Shown one piece after another: positions 26,497 to 41,823 of a DNA stretch of 64,000 bases (the first letter of the stretch is position 1; each line of letters starts with the position of its first letter). The position numbers and the translations under genes were made by a program. The stretch is from Chrysomallon squamiferum. Its lineage: Eukaryota; Animalia; Mollusca. The stretch is from positions 10,850,001 to 10,914,000 of the forward strand of contig CM022666.1 in NCBI GenBank assembly GCA_012295275.1, in the 5' to 3' direction. Under the pieces are notes generated by a model that was not told the origin of the DNA, did not search any database, and saw only the letters and a program-made list of their open reading frames with translations.

Positions 26497-27551
26497 AACT
26501 CTATACTCTTATTCATTTTTTCATCGTCTAATATTACCTGCTTAAGAAATAAAACTGACAAACAAAATCACAATTTCATTCATAAGGAATTTCTGCTTCA
26601 GTAGTATCGCCCATTGTTAAACAGCAGACGACATATGGCACGCGGGGAAACTGCTGTCACGGTTCACGTGACATGCGCTCGAGACATGAATAAAATTAGC
26701 TGAAGTTTTCTCGAAAACATCCAGTTCGTACACAAATGTGAGATATAACTGCCGCATTCTTCAACTTATATTTCTTTAATGAAAGAACATTTTGAAAAAA
26801 AAAAAAAGTGTAATTCGATTACTCATCTTAACAACCCAGTGTAAACAGCTGAAAACAACTCGCGCAGTCGCAGTCAGAACCTGCCCACACTTGTGTGTGT
26901 GTTTGTTTGTGTGTGTGTGCGTGGACAGTAAATATATAGATATAAAAATACACACACACATACACATACAACCAGACTCATACAGAAACGCACACAATGT
27001 TTCTGTCTGTAGTGAGGTTTGTAGCAGGGTTGGTGTTCGCATTACAGTAGCGGACAAGAGCAGCGCATTGTTGACAGATTACATATTTATGTCAGAGCAT
27101 AGAAAAATCAGTTAATGTTCAGGAACTGAAGTACCAGTCGGTGTTTATGAAGGCAGATGTCTGAATCACAAAAAAATATTAATCCTATCAACATAATACA
27201 GCTGAAACTTCACCTTAATTAATGTAGACCCGCTCCTTCAGTTTTTGTTTTATATCTATTTTATCTGCTGCAATATGTTGCTTTGTAATCGGATAAATAC
27301 ATAGTATAAAAAATATATTTTATATCACGAGTGAAATAAAATATTATAGTATCTGAGAGTATTATAAATTAATTATTAGCAATATAATAATTTCTATAAA
27401 CCAGGTTTATTAAATTATAGTATTAATAATGCCGTACGTACTGCACTGTATTACTGCTTTGTAAGATAACCCCTAGGATGTAGACTAAAATATCTGTGTT
27501 ATCCAAACTCGATAATGTGCTTTCCCTAACCCTCAGCAGTGTTATCATTGC

Positions 27552-28530
<979 letters not shown>

Positions 28531-28639
28531 GTGTGTGTCTGTGTTGTTATGTAGCATGTTACAAAACTATGACACGAGGAGCGTCGCATCGATCGAAGTG
28601 ATCTGTGTTTGTAAATTGTTTTATCTCGTCCGTTTATAA

Positions 28640-28720
28640 AACACACACACACACTCACACACACTTACACACACTCACACACACACACACACACACCTCA
28701 CACACACTCACACACACACA

Positions 28721-28773
<53 letters not shown>

Positions 28774-28788
28774 ACACACACACACACA

Positions 28789-28845
<57 letters not shown>

Positions 28846-28894
28846 ACACACACACTCACACACACAAACACACACACACACTCACACACACACA

Positions 28895-28935
<41 letters not shown>

Positions 28936-28938
28936 ACA
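28640..28938. repeat. (CA)n microsatellite, about 300 bp
   Basis: Direct observation. Confidence 0.97.
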
Positions 28939-30892
28939 TTGTTTACTCAGTTTTTGAAGATTTAGGTTCAGAGCGAACACATTAAAATAGTTCCTTTCAG
29001 TTACGATGTTAATTTTTTAATAATGATAATAATAATAATAAAGACTATGACAAAGAAAAACATCACACTATCTACAAAATGTTATAACTGTTAATTATTG
29101 TTAATAAACAACTGAATATGAGCCACATTATTTACTCGGTCTTTATAGGTGTTTTCTACAATCTACGCCATACAAAAAAAAAACTTGTTACATTCGTTTG
29201 TCAAACATTTGAACAATGTATTATTCACATTGTAAGCACAGCCGACAAAGAAACTGATTTTACAGATCATTTGAAAATATTTAACTTTTTTTTTGTTCAT
29301 TTCATGTGACTTTTGTTTACATGCACATTATATATGTATGTAGGCAGGCTTGTAATGTATAGGTACAGATATTAATGTGGGTATATTTCTGTGTGTGTGT
29401 GTGTGTACGTGTGTGTACGTGTGTGTACGTGTGTGTATGTTTGTTTTTAAATGTTTATACCAATTTCGAAAATTGTAATCCTACTTATCTATGCACGTCC
29501 CTACATAGGTGCTAAGTTACTTGGAATATGTTTAAACTTTCATGTTTACATCAGTTTTCTCGACTGTATTCATTTAGAAAGTAGGTGTTTCTTTCTTCTT
29601 TTTTTTAAAATTTTACTTAATAAATTATCAGTACAGGATTTTAATGAAATTATGAGGTCAGTCACCTCTAACATGCAGAAAAAATTAGGTAAAAGAAGAA
29701 ACTCGTGTTTTTTCTGATATTCATACACGCTGTTTAGATAAGAGTTTATTTTCGTTTAGGTTATCTTACAAAACGTATTATGAAAATAGAACAAACCGTC
29801 CACTTCTACACGTAATCACCGCTTCTCGTGACAAACAGATTAAAAAACCAGATCAAGGTTTGTAAAGTGTTAAGGAAATAAACTGGCACCAAAAATACGT
29901 GCAAAATCATACAGATGATGATTATAATGATGATGATGAAACAAATGATAATAATAATGACATTTTTTTTTTTATTATTTATATATAAATTTTTTCGTTT
30001 CACACTTTAACATTTTAAGAAGAACAGAATTATTTAATATTTAAATGTGCTGAGCAGTTTGTAAACAAATATTCATTTATTCGCTGATTTCCTTGTCTAC
30101 ACGCGTTGATTAAAATCTGAATCATTAGCTGAGTCACATCTTGAAACATCTTTAGTCATTTTGAAAAAGAAATAAAGAAAGAAGAATCTCTCTCAAAACT
30201 CTAGAGAGAATGTAGACATCAGCTTCCCGTCCACCCAGTGCTGACGTGTCAACACTGATACTGTTTTCCTTGCTGTAGAAAAGTACAAGTAAATGATAAG
30301 AGATAATTTTCTTTAAACAATACACACAGTACTAATCATTTACGAATAATAACATTCAATAATACAATGAATCTAAAAATTAATTATAAAAACATGTTGA
30401 AACGGAGAATATAAACAAAATTAGATCAACAGTGTTAACAATTTGAGTTTTAAAATCATTGTCGTTGTAGCTAGATACGTCTGTTATATCTGTATGGGTT
30501 TTGTCTTTGTGTGCGTCGATGTAACTGCTGTTGTTATTGTTGTTGTTGTTGATTTGTTATTTTTATAGTATTATTTTATTATCATTATCATTATAAAGGT
30601 ACTTTGTCATTATATCACTCATAAATATCATAATTTGATTATTATAAGTAAAAACTCTTCTTATTTTAATTTTAATAAAATCTTCGAATTTCACAGACAT
30701 TTTCAGGCTTTTATAACCACCTAACAAGAACCTAAAACAGAACCACATTAAAAAGTAGAAGTATGTATTTTGCTTATCTTTCAGTCTAATTTTGTATCTA
30801 TGACCTTACAGGTATCATAGGATTGGTAACTGTCACACCTGTCTTTACTCTCGTACCTACCTTGTTCTGTAAGCTCTTTCCACTCACCTGAG

Positions 30893-30947
30893 TATATAAA
30901 TACACACACATCTAAACATCACCTCATTGTACAGGTACACCTGACAG
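30893..30947 (+). promoter_or_regulatory. TATA box + Inr + short non-coding exon 1 of precursor gene A
   Basis: TATATAAA at 30893-30900, TCATTG at about 30924 and donor CAG|GTAGGT at 30947/30948. The same layout occurs in gene B. Confidence 0.7.
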
Positions 30948-31632
30948 GTAGGTCATTGTTATTTTACTTTACATGTTACTTACTACATGGTATGGAAACA
31001 TTTATACGATACATATTCTATTATCACACATTACCAGATTAAATGACCACTTCGAAACCAGAGGAAAAAAAAACCAGCTGAAAATTTTGCTGTGGCTACT
31101 CCTACTGATTTGAAAATCGTTTTCAGGATATTTAAAACTATTTTTATAAACCTTCAGTTATAACGGGAAATGTGCGAAAATGAAGGTCGTGGATTCAAAC
31201 ATGAGAACTGTACCTGATATTGTATTAATTTCAAAATTAGAGAACACATTCATGATTAATGAAAAGCTTTTCTGGAAAGGGACATTAGACTCGTAATCAA
31301 TTATTTTAGACTGAGCCAGTTACATTTCTTTCATCTTTAGGGAATTTAGTCAACATACGTCTGTCATTTATTTATTTCTTACTTACATATATACACTATC
31401 ACACTCATAGAAGGATTCATTCAGTGACACAGAAAAACTCGCAAACACTACCAATAGTCCCAAGATTACACATATACACAGAAAGACAGATACATACAAA
31501 CACACACAAACACACACACATACATACATACATAGATACATACATACATACACATACACACACACATACATACAAATTGAGTTTAGATATATATAAGAGG
31601 TTTTATTAAAGACGTTTTCTTCCAGTCTCAAA

Positions 31633-31900
31633 ATGAAGGTCGTTGTCATTGTCGCTTTGATCGCGCTGCTTTCCGGCGCCCAGGCTTCCAGTCTGACTGA
31701 CTTCTTCCACAGCCTGGGAGACAAGCTGAAGACAACCTTCCAGACCGTGGCCACCACCGTGAAGCCGCTCGCCTCCAACCTGCTCCAGTCCCTCGTCACC
31801 ACCGTCAAGTCGCAGGGAACAGCGCTGCTCGGCGGCCTAGTTAACTGTAAGTTGTTGTTGTTGTTGTTATTATTGTTACTATTATTATTGTTACTATTAC

Positions 31901-31945
<45 letters not shown>

Positions 31946-34788
31946 CTTTCTTCTGTTTTAATTACATTATATATTGGGGGGTTTCTACTGTTTTTTATTT
32001 TTGTTTTTGTTTTTCGTAATTTATTATGAAAAAACACACAACAGAGATAGAGAGAGAAACGTTTGAGGTATGTGTGTTGTGTGAAATGTGTGTGTGTGTT
32101 TTGTGAAATGTGTGTGTGTTGTGTGAAATGTGTGTGTGTTTTGTGAAATGTGTATGTTGTGTGAAATGCGTGTGTGTTGTGTGAAATGTGTGTGTGTTGT
32201 GTGAAATGTGTGTGTGTTGTGTGAAATGCGTGTGTGTTGTGTGAAATGTGTGTGTGTTGTGTGAAATGTGTCTGCGATATTAAACTGTCAGTTTTCACTC
32301 TGTTTTACAGCACTCACTGGTGTTTTAACTTCTGCTCCATCCACCACAAAGAGAGAGTAAGTTTAGACATAGTCATTTTATACAGAACTTATCCTCTCCT
32401 GTTTGTTTTGTTTGTCTTTTCTTTCTATTTTCCTTTTTATTTTTATTATTTATTTATTTATTTATTTTGTTGTTGTTATTATGTTTGTCTTCTGTTTTGT
32501 TCTCTTTTTGTGATGTTTTTTCAGTGTTGTGCTATCACTCATCTATAACACTTTCTTTCTCTCTTACATATGCGTCTATATTTTTACCAGTATATGTTTG
32601 TTTGTCTTTGTGTATATATCTGTGTTTGTGTGAATATGTATGTCTGCATTCGTCTGTGTATATCTGTGTGCAATGCGAACGTGTGTATCGATAGGTCACT
32701 ATTTTTAAATCACATCTTACGATTCCCTTTTTTGTTCTGAATGTTTGCCAGCTTAGCTTAGAACGTATATTTATTTCATGTTGTGATATATTATATTACG
32801 CAGTATTGCTTCCATTGCCTCCTTCCTCGAGAAGGGCAAAGAGGTCATTGAAAACATGGGAGACATTCTTCACGGAATCTTCCACGGCGCCTTGACCAAG
32901 CTGACAACCATCGCCAATAAAATCCATTCTCTGGAATTCCTCAAAGAACCCCTGGAAAACATCATCTCAGAAATCAAAAATGTTGTTGGTACGTTTTGGT
33001 AGTTTTATGACAATTATTTGTTTATGTGGTTGGTGGATGCTGGTGTGGGTTTTTGTGTCTTTGCAAATACTGATAGCTACTGCAGGCGGTGTCATAATAT
33101 TTTTATTGGGATTAAAAATAGCAGTTTTAATAAAAGGAATTACTAGTTTATTAAGAGAAGTTGTTGTAAAATTGGAAGTAATCGTACTAGTAGAAGAATC
33201 AGTGTAGAAACAGAAATGGAGGAGGCAGGTGTACAGCAAAGTTGTAATAATAATGGCAACAGGCGTTGTAGCAGTAGAAGTAGCAGTTGCAACACAATAT
33301 CTGTTTTATGATGACATTTTGGTATATCAAATGATCTATGGAGAAATGTAAAGTTTATTTTCTGTTTGCAGCTCTGCACGGACATCTTCAGCTCGCTAAC
33401 CTGGCTGATCTGCTCAAGAACCCAACTGAGTTTGTGTTGAAGCTGGGAGGAGACTTCCTGAGAAACCTGATGCACAAGAGATCCGCTATTGGAGACATGA
33501 TTTCATCTTTCGGAGAGCAGCTCACCGGTCTCTTCAAGCCTCTCATGGATGTCGTCCACCAGGTAACAAAGTTCTGAGTCGTGTTACGACGTTGTACACT
33601 GCATTATCAAAATCGCCAACACTAAGCAGCATCTATTTACATTATTCACGGACGCAATTACATAATATTGCAATCTGTTGTTATATGAACAAGAAACTAT
33701 TACGTCAAATTATGACGTTACATCTTTGGTAATCTCAGTGATACACATTGTCTACTATTTATTTAATATTTATTTATTAACTTTCAGCACGTTTCCAACA
33801 TCGGCACCACTCTGACATCTGCTGCTACTGGAATCTACAACGCCATCAAACCACACATTGACGCGCTGAAAGGACAACTCAGTGAACACCTCAACACACT
33901 CAAACAGGCCGGGAGTCAGCTGCTCGAGCACGGGAAAAACGCCCTCACTGCCCTGCAGAGCGCTGCCACAGACATCCTCGGTGAGTCAAAGATAAATGTT
34001 TCATAGAGCGGTGAGTGAGTTACAAGTTACAGTCAAAGATAAATGTCTCATACCGCGGTGAGTGAATTACAACTTACAGTCAAAGATAAATGTTTCATAG
34101 AGCGGTGAGTGAATTACAACTTACAGTCAAAGATAAATGTTTCATAGAGCGGTGAGAGAGTTACAACTTACAGTCAAAGATAAATGTTTCATAGAGCGGT
34201 GAGTGAATTACAAGTTACAGTCAAAGATAAATGTTTCATAGAGCGGTGAGTGAGTTACAACTTACAGTCAAAGATAAATGTCTCATACCGCGGTGAGTGA
34301 ATTACAAGTTACAGTCAAAGATAAATGTTTCATAGAGCGGTGAGTGAGTTACAACTTACAGTCAAAGATAAATGTTTCATAGAGCGGTGAGTGAGTTACA
34401 ACTTACAGTCAAAGATAAATGTCTCATACCGCGGTGAGTGAGTTACAAGTTACAGTCAAAGATAAATGTCTCATACCGCAGAGTTAACTCAAGTAATACA
34501 GTCAGTTTATGAATTAACAGCTGATTAATGTCGTATTCTAGCCGACTGATGGTCTGATACAACTACATATATGTATGTAGGCATGTATGTGTTTGTGTGT
34601 ATAGGTGTGCATGTGTGTGTTTATATATATATGCACACACACACGCACATACATACATGTGTTATAATGTTTTTCCAGGTCAAACCTTCCAGAACGCCGC
34701 CCCAGCCATCAAGCAGATTGTCGAGACAGGGAAGAGTGCAGCTGGCGTGATCGGTCAGCACTTCGCTGGAGCTCTCGCGGGACATTAA
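31633..34788 (+). CDS. Secreted amphipathic-helix precursor protein A, 312 aa; exons 31633-31846, 32311-32356, 32804-32988, 33372-33562, 33788-33980, 34679-34788
   Basis: All introns are GT-AG with consistent phases (1,2,1,0,1), giving a 939-nt ORF. Signal peptide MKVVVIVALIALLSGAQA, two KR sites, no Cys or Trp. ATTAAA at 34800. Exon-by-exon paralogy with gene B. Confidence 0.9.
32070..32270. repeat. About 20-bp minisatellite (gtgtgttgtgtgaaatgtgt) x ~10 in the gene A intron after coding exon 1
   Basis: Recurring gaaatg spaced 18-22 bp apart. Confidence 0.9.
33985..34480. repeat. 47-bp tandem repeat x ~10.5 at the start of the last intron of gene A
   Basis: Unit gtcaaagataaatgtttcatagagcggtgagtgagttacaagttaca, starting at 33985, 34032, 34079 ... 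34455. Confidence 0.95.
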
Positions 34789-34952
34789 AACAAAGACTCA
34801 TTAAAAACAGTTTTTACGTTTGACACTGTTGTGTATTATATTTCAGTATTTCTTACATAATATATTTCAATACTGAGATGAATCAATGAAATAATTAACA
34901 CGCACAACGATTATTTCTCTTGCTCTAAACAAATTTATTAATTTTAGTTTCC

Positions 34953-35064
<112 letters not shown>

Positions 35065-35155
35065 ATATTTATATATATATATATATATAGATAGATAGAT
35101 AGATAGATATAGATATATTCACCACCAATGGTTTTCGTTTCACAAATAACAAAAA

Positions 35156-35186
<31 letters not shown>

Positions 35187-35741
35187 AAATGATTTTAAAA
35201 ACAAACGAAGAAATAATCAAAAGTAGGCTAAAATTTTTCAAAAGAAAAAAATTGCTATATACACAGAATTGAGTTTGTTTCTCGACAGACAGAGGAATTA
35301 AATAATAGTAAACACTATAATGAACTGAATATAGTTTATACTATTTTTTTGTCAAAATGGATGATGATGATAATGGTAACATATTACTACTACTACCATC
35401 ATCAATAATAATAATAATAATAATAATAATAATCAGTAGACGGATTGACAGAGAGACACACATAATATACTTCTGTGGTTGTAACTGTCTGTCTTCATTT
35501 CAGTCAAAGTAGAAGTAATTTCATTTCAAGAAGGTGACGTAGTAAACTTTACACCACGTCCTTAATCATTGAGAAGCGGGTGGGTCTAGGAATAATTTAA
35601 ACCAGTGAAAATTCAAGTAACTAAAAAGCTAAATAAATAAATTAATAAGCTAATAAACATACAAATTAATGAATTTAAAATGAACATCAACTTCTGATCT
35701 TATTCAACACATTATAAACATGAAAGACTGAGAAAACTGAG

Positions 35742-35850
<109 letters not shown>

Positions 35851-36216
35851 GACAGTTTAAAATTACTGAGAGATGTATGTGATACCAAATATTTATTCTT
35901 ACACAAATTAACTGAGCAGAACTTCGACGGGTTGAATATGAAAAGCAAAAAAATAATAATAATAAAATAAATAAAATTAAATAATAATAATAATAAGAAG
36001 AAGAAAATGTTATATTATTAATATACTTTGATTGAAACAGAAGCTTGTTAATAACTGCAGTTCAGAAGACTGAAGAACCTGACCATTTCAGTCTGCTAAA
36101 CTGTGAAACACGAAATTAAGAATCGTAAGCTATTTTCACATTTCATCACATGACATGATGTCGTATCTTTAATGTGCTATAATAAAAGCCATAAGGCATG
36201 CAATTAAGAATATAAG

Positions 36217-36270
<54 letters not shown>

Positions 36271-37154
36271 GTTATTATTATTATTAATTTATAGCAATAA
36301 AAGATTTTAGGGACATTTTAGACGATGTAGGTTTCGCCGTTTGTGTTTTTCCCTTTTCCCAATACAGAACATTTACTTCGTTCAAAAACGAGATGTAATT
36401 CAAAATAAAAACAGTCAATAACAGGGGCAGATCATTAACATTAAAATTAACTGGTAAAATTAGCTGATGTCGAGAAATCATTCACAGCAGAAATAAAGGA
36501 GAATAGAAAGTAAATGATTCTAATTAATTATATATATTTGTTATTTTTATTATTATTATTATTATTATTATTAGTAGTAGTAGTAGTAGTAGTAGTATCA
36601 TTATTATTATTATTACTATTATCATTATTATTATTATTATTATTGTTAATTTATTTTTAATAACACACACACATTAAAAATAAATCAATAAAAATACAAA
36701 ATGTATAATTAAGATTGCATTAAAAAATATATATTAAAAGAATAATAAAAAAAAAAATAAAAAAAAAATAACTGGAAAAATCACCATAGCAGTCTGGTGA
36801 ATTTTTAAAAGCTATTTCTTTTACCATCAAAGTATTGTTTGAGTTAGGTAACTACAGTGAGATTGAAGAAAGCTGTGAAAAGGAAAAATGTGTCTAAAGA
36901 GTGTAAATTAACAGAGAAGTCGATAATGCATCGCAAAGAAGAATTCGTAGTGAAAATAGTGTGTAATAAAAATGGTATAAAATACTTGTAAATACAATGG
37001 TATATAAGTGTACGTAAGTGACATAAAATTGTTATGATCACACATGTCGTCCGTTATTTATTTATTTTAATTTTGTTTAATTATTATTTTTTTCATTTTT
37101 TTTTTTCATTATTTATTTAAGTATTTATTTATAGGCTTATCTATCTAGGAGGCT

Positions 37155-37191
37155 ATTAGTCTATCTATCCATCTATCTATCTATCTATCTA

Positions 37192-37227
<36 letters not shown>

Positions 37228-37272
37228 CTTATCTATCTATCTATCTGTCTGTCTGTCTAATTATCTATCTAC

Positions 37273-37308
<36 letters not shown>

Positions 37309-37400
37309 GTATCTGTCTGTCTGTCTGTCTGTCTACTTATCTATATATCTATCTATCTGTCTGTCTGTCTAATTATCTATCCATCTATCTATCTGTCTGT
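37155..37400. repeat. Compound (TATC)n/(TGTC)n microsatellite
   Basis: Direct observation. Confidence 0.9.
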
Positions 37401-37620
37401 GTATTTATTTATTTATTTATTTATGTATAGCAGGTGAACGGCTCACCTATCATTTTGTAGACAACAGTAATACAATAATAATAACAATAACAGTAACAAC
37501 AACGACAATAATAATGATAATAACCATAACAAAAATTATAATAATAATAATAACAATAACAACAACGACAATAATATCAATGACAACAGTAATAATGTAA
37601 TAATAACAATAATAATACAT

Positions 37621-37653
<33 letters not shown>

Positions 37654-37993
37654 CATATATATGCATTTAATAATAATAATAATAATAATAATATTTCAGG
37701 TAATCGTTCATTTGACACACCACATTGCCGCATCTGGAAATGAAGCAGATTATGACAACGCGCTTGTGAATTTAGTTTACGGAAATAACATCGAATAAAG
37801 ATATTATTGATATAATATCTTTTAAAAGAGACAAATTTATTGCTATTTTGTTGTTGTTTTTGTTGTGGCTGTTTTGATGGATTTATTTCTGTTGTTGATT
37901 TATTTCTTTTTCCTTTATTTCTTGTTTTTATTTCTGACGTTACTGGTTCCAGATGAAATCCTAGAACACAAACAAGAAATAATAATAATAATA

Positions 37994-38041
<48 letters not shown>

Positions 38042-38050
38042 ATTATAATC

Positions 38051-38104
<54 letters not shown>

Positions 38105-38201
38105 TCATAATAATAATAATAATAATAACAACAATCATAATAATAATTTAGATTTTCAGATTTTACCATACTATTATTATTTCTTTTAAAACTCTATTTA
38201 C

Positions 38202-38254
<53 letters not shown>

Positions 38255-38927
38255 TATTTAGTTATTTTTTCTTTAATTTATTATATTTTTATTTTTATTT
38301 TTAGTTATTTTAATTAATTATTTTGTTTTCGTTTTGTTTTTACCCTGTCTCTCATGTTTAACTGTACTTATCGGACACAAACTCTGTGACCGAAAACTCA
38401 AAAACTAATAAAAATAAATTTTGTCTTCTTTAATGATGTCATGTTATTAATGTTCTTAATGTTTTGTCATCATCATTATAATTGTATTTGTTTTCCTTGG
38501 GAGTGGGGAAATAAACATAAAGAAACAAAAAGAAAAGGAACGAAAGTAAGAAAGAAAGAAAACTGGTGGTACTCTAGAAGGCTGTATTATGTTGACAGTG
38601 TATTTGTGATCATCAATATACAAAAAATAATAATAATAATAATTAAAATAAAATAAAATAAAATAAAATAAAATAAAGAAGAATGAATCAACACATTTAA
38701 AAATGTTCTATTTTATGCAGACTTTGTTCTATCGTTGTTTCACACATCTCTGTCAAATCTGTATTATGTATTTGTATACTCTATGAATTATTTATTTGTT
38801 TATGTGCGCGTGTGTTATGTATGTCTTTGTGATACTTTATGAAATGTGTCTTGTGTATTTATTATGTACGTGTATATGTATGTCATTATGAAATGTATGT
38901 TGTGTATGCGCATGTATATATATATAT

Positions 38928-38958
<31 letters not shown>

Positions 38959-40101
38959 TGTTTGTGATACTTTATGAACTGTGTATTGTTATTTATATTC
39001 GCGTACGTGCATTTATATATGTATGTATATTTGTGATCCTTTGAGGGAATGTGTGTATGTGTGCCTCTATTGACATGAACCAAATTAATTGCTTACTTTG
39101 ATCTTCATTTGATCTTCTCTTGAACATCATAAACTGTCTACAACCGCATCGCTTCAAATGTAGATGACATAATTCCTTTGTTGACGTTTTCTTTTTAGTG
39201 ATAGTTTATTATGGGGAATTTCCGTATAAATTTAATTTTTTTGATTTGATTCGTTTTCATTTTATAATTTAATTTAGTTTTATAACAATTTCTGTTATTT
39301 GTTACTTTAGTTGACGTTTTGTTTACACTGCTACGAAAACTAAGTAGCAAATTTATATATCGTTGTAATTTCTGAATGTCTTTCTGTCTCTATATATGTA
39401 TGTCTGTCTGTCTGTCTGTGTGTCTATCTGTATATCTGTGTGTCTATCTGTATATCTGTGTGACTGTCTATCTGGTTTCTATATGTTGTTTTTATATCTG
39501 TCTACTTATCTTTAAATTCTTTCTGTCTATCTGTCTACCAATCTAGATATTTATTTGTTTATTTAGTCATTCATTCATTTTGCTTAATAATTACTATAAT
39601 ATATGACTAATAACTTCAACAGTATCAACGTATTTGAAACAGCCGTAATAATAATAATAAGAAGAAGAAGAAGAAAAAGAATAATAACGACAGCAAAACA
39701 CCAAAATCAACTGTAATAATAATAATAACAGCAACAAGCACAATAATTATAATAATAATTCCAAAACATTTCAAAATATTCAACATGTTTAATATTAATG
39801 TCACCATGAAAAATGCAAATTAATAAACACTGCGACCTACTTTTTGGAACCGGCACTGAAATGTAGAGGGGGGTCATGAAGAATAAGTACATGTTACGTA
39901 TTTACCTTTATGTCTACTTATATCTATATATATCTACTCCAGGTGTCAGAATGTATTTTTAACACGGTTATGTAGATAAGGGCAGAAGTCGACTGCAGTT
40001 GCTTAATTTGCAAAATAAAAACTAAAACGTTAGTCGTGACCAAGCGTTATCTGGTGTGACGCCACACCCTGTACGCGAAGCAGCTGATTGCTCTGAACAC
40101 G

Positions 40102-40151
40102 TATAAATACCCCCACAGCCCTCCGCCCTCCGTCTCAGCACCCCAAACAAG
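40102..40151 (+). promoter_or_regulatory. TATA box + Inr-like site + short non-coding exon 1 of precursor gene B
   Basis: TATAAATA at 40102-40109, TCAGCA at about 40135 and donor AAG|GTAAGA at 40151/40152. Confidence 0.7.
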
Positions 40152-40963
40152 GTAAGAAACTCAAAGAAAGAACAACAGAAGTTCTGCAGATGTCATAGTA
40201 ATAGATCAGATATAAGAATCTGTCTTAACGTTAGGGTGCTTTGTTATAAACAGATTTTAAATATTTCTTTGTTTTGTATATAATTCTTTAATAGGTTACA
40301 AAACTTTCATAAGATCTTTCAAATATCCATAATTTAAAATCGTTTTATTTATTATCGTGATTAACACTTTGCTATAAAAAATTATTTATATTTCTTTTCA
40401 AAATTTATAATCGTAGTATTTCAGTTTATTATAAAGATCTTTTAAATTATTTATTTTTACATAATTCATAATGTAAACAGCTGCTTAATTTTGTTAAGTG
40501 ATATTTGAAATAAGGTATATAATATATAGTTATTATTGTTTGTTTTCTTTATTCCTTTGAAAATTTGAAAAATATTAAAAGATCATTATTAAGAGAGTTT
40601 TTAAGAACAGTTTAGAAAATTATATTTTAAATCATAATAATACCAATATAACATTTATCTTATTTTATTTTTTTATTCATATTTTTTATTTTTTAATTTT
40701 TTTTTTTTTTTTAATTTTCAAAAGTTTATATTTCTGTGAAATTTTCATAAAATAAAATATAATAAGTGACTGATTTGCTTTCTTTACTTTCAGTTGTTTC
40801 TGTTTGTTTTCTTCTTTCTTTTTCTCTTTAACTTTGAACTGAATTATTCGTTAAAATAACATAATATACAAAATTTAACATAATTCTGTTTCAAAGATTT
40901 TCAAACTTTAACTTCTAATTAACATATATGATAATTTATGCTGATCATGCTGTTTCTACTCAG

Positions 40964-41229
40964 ATGAAATTCCTCGTCCTCGTCACCGTCGTTGCTCTGC
41001 TGTCTGCTGGTGCTGATGCTTCTAGCATTGGCGACTTCTTCAGCGGCCTCTTCCACAAGGTGGGCGACACGCTGAAGCAGGTGACGGCCACAGTGAAGCC
41101 CCTCGCCGCGCAGCTCGGACAAAGTCTGCTGGACACGCTGAAAACACAGGGCAGTCAGTTACTGGGCGGCGTAGTGTCCAGTGAGTACCCGCTTTCTTAC
41201 TGTGACCGTATAATGTATTGTGAATGAGG

Positions 41230-41261
<32 letters not shown>

Positions 41262-41792
41262 ATTTAAAAAAAAATTATTATTACTTTATTATTTATTACT
41301 TTGCATATTAGTACACTGAATCAGTAAAAAGGCTTATTATATTAAATAATCTATAATAATAATAATAATAATAATAATAAAAGACGGTTAGGATAAAAAA
41401 AAAATAACAATAAAATAAAAATGAATGAAAGAACTGAATTTAACAAAAGAAACAATAAAACATAATTTCAAAGCAAGAATTATAACATTACAAAAAAGCT
41501 TATTAAATAAATTACTTAATCATTAATTACTAATTAAATGTAGAAAAACTCACAAAAATTAACAAAATAAAAAATAATATAAATTAATTAATAACAGAGA
41601 AAGATTATTAAATGTTCTTCTTTTTAATTTCTATAAATTTTATAAATTAAATAAAAATAAATAGACTTTGTTATAAAATTACGTCTTTGGTGTTAAACTA
41701 TTCAAATCTTTGTTCAGGTCTGACCGGTGCTCTCAGCTCTGCTCCAACCAAGAGAGAGTAAGTAATTTATTTTATTTATAAATAATTCATTA

Positions 41793-41823
<31 letters not shown>

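Noticed and set aside
33985-34480. 47-bp and 49-bp arrays as CRISPR arrays
   Set aside because: The units are head-to-tail with no unique spacers, there are no cas genes, and they lie in eukaryotic introns.
36066-36112. CTGAAGA...GAAAC as a hammerhead ribozyme core
   Set aside because: No stem II pairing between the core halves and no stems I/III. The other CTGANGA sites inspected also failed.
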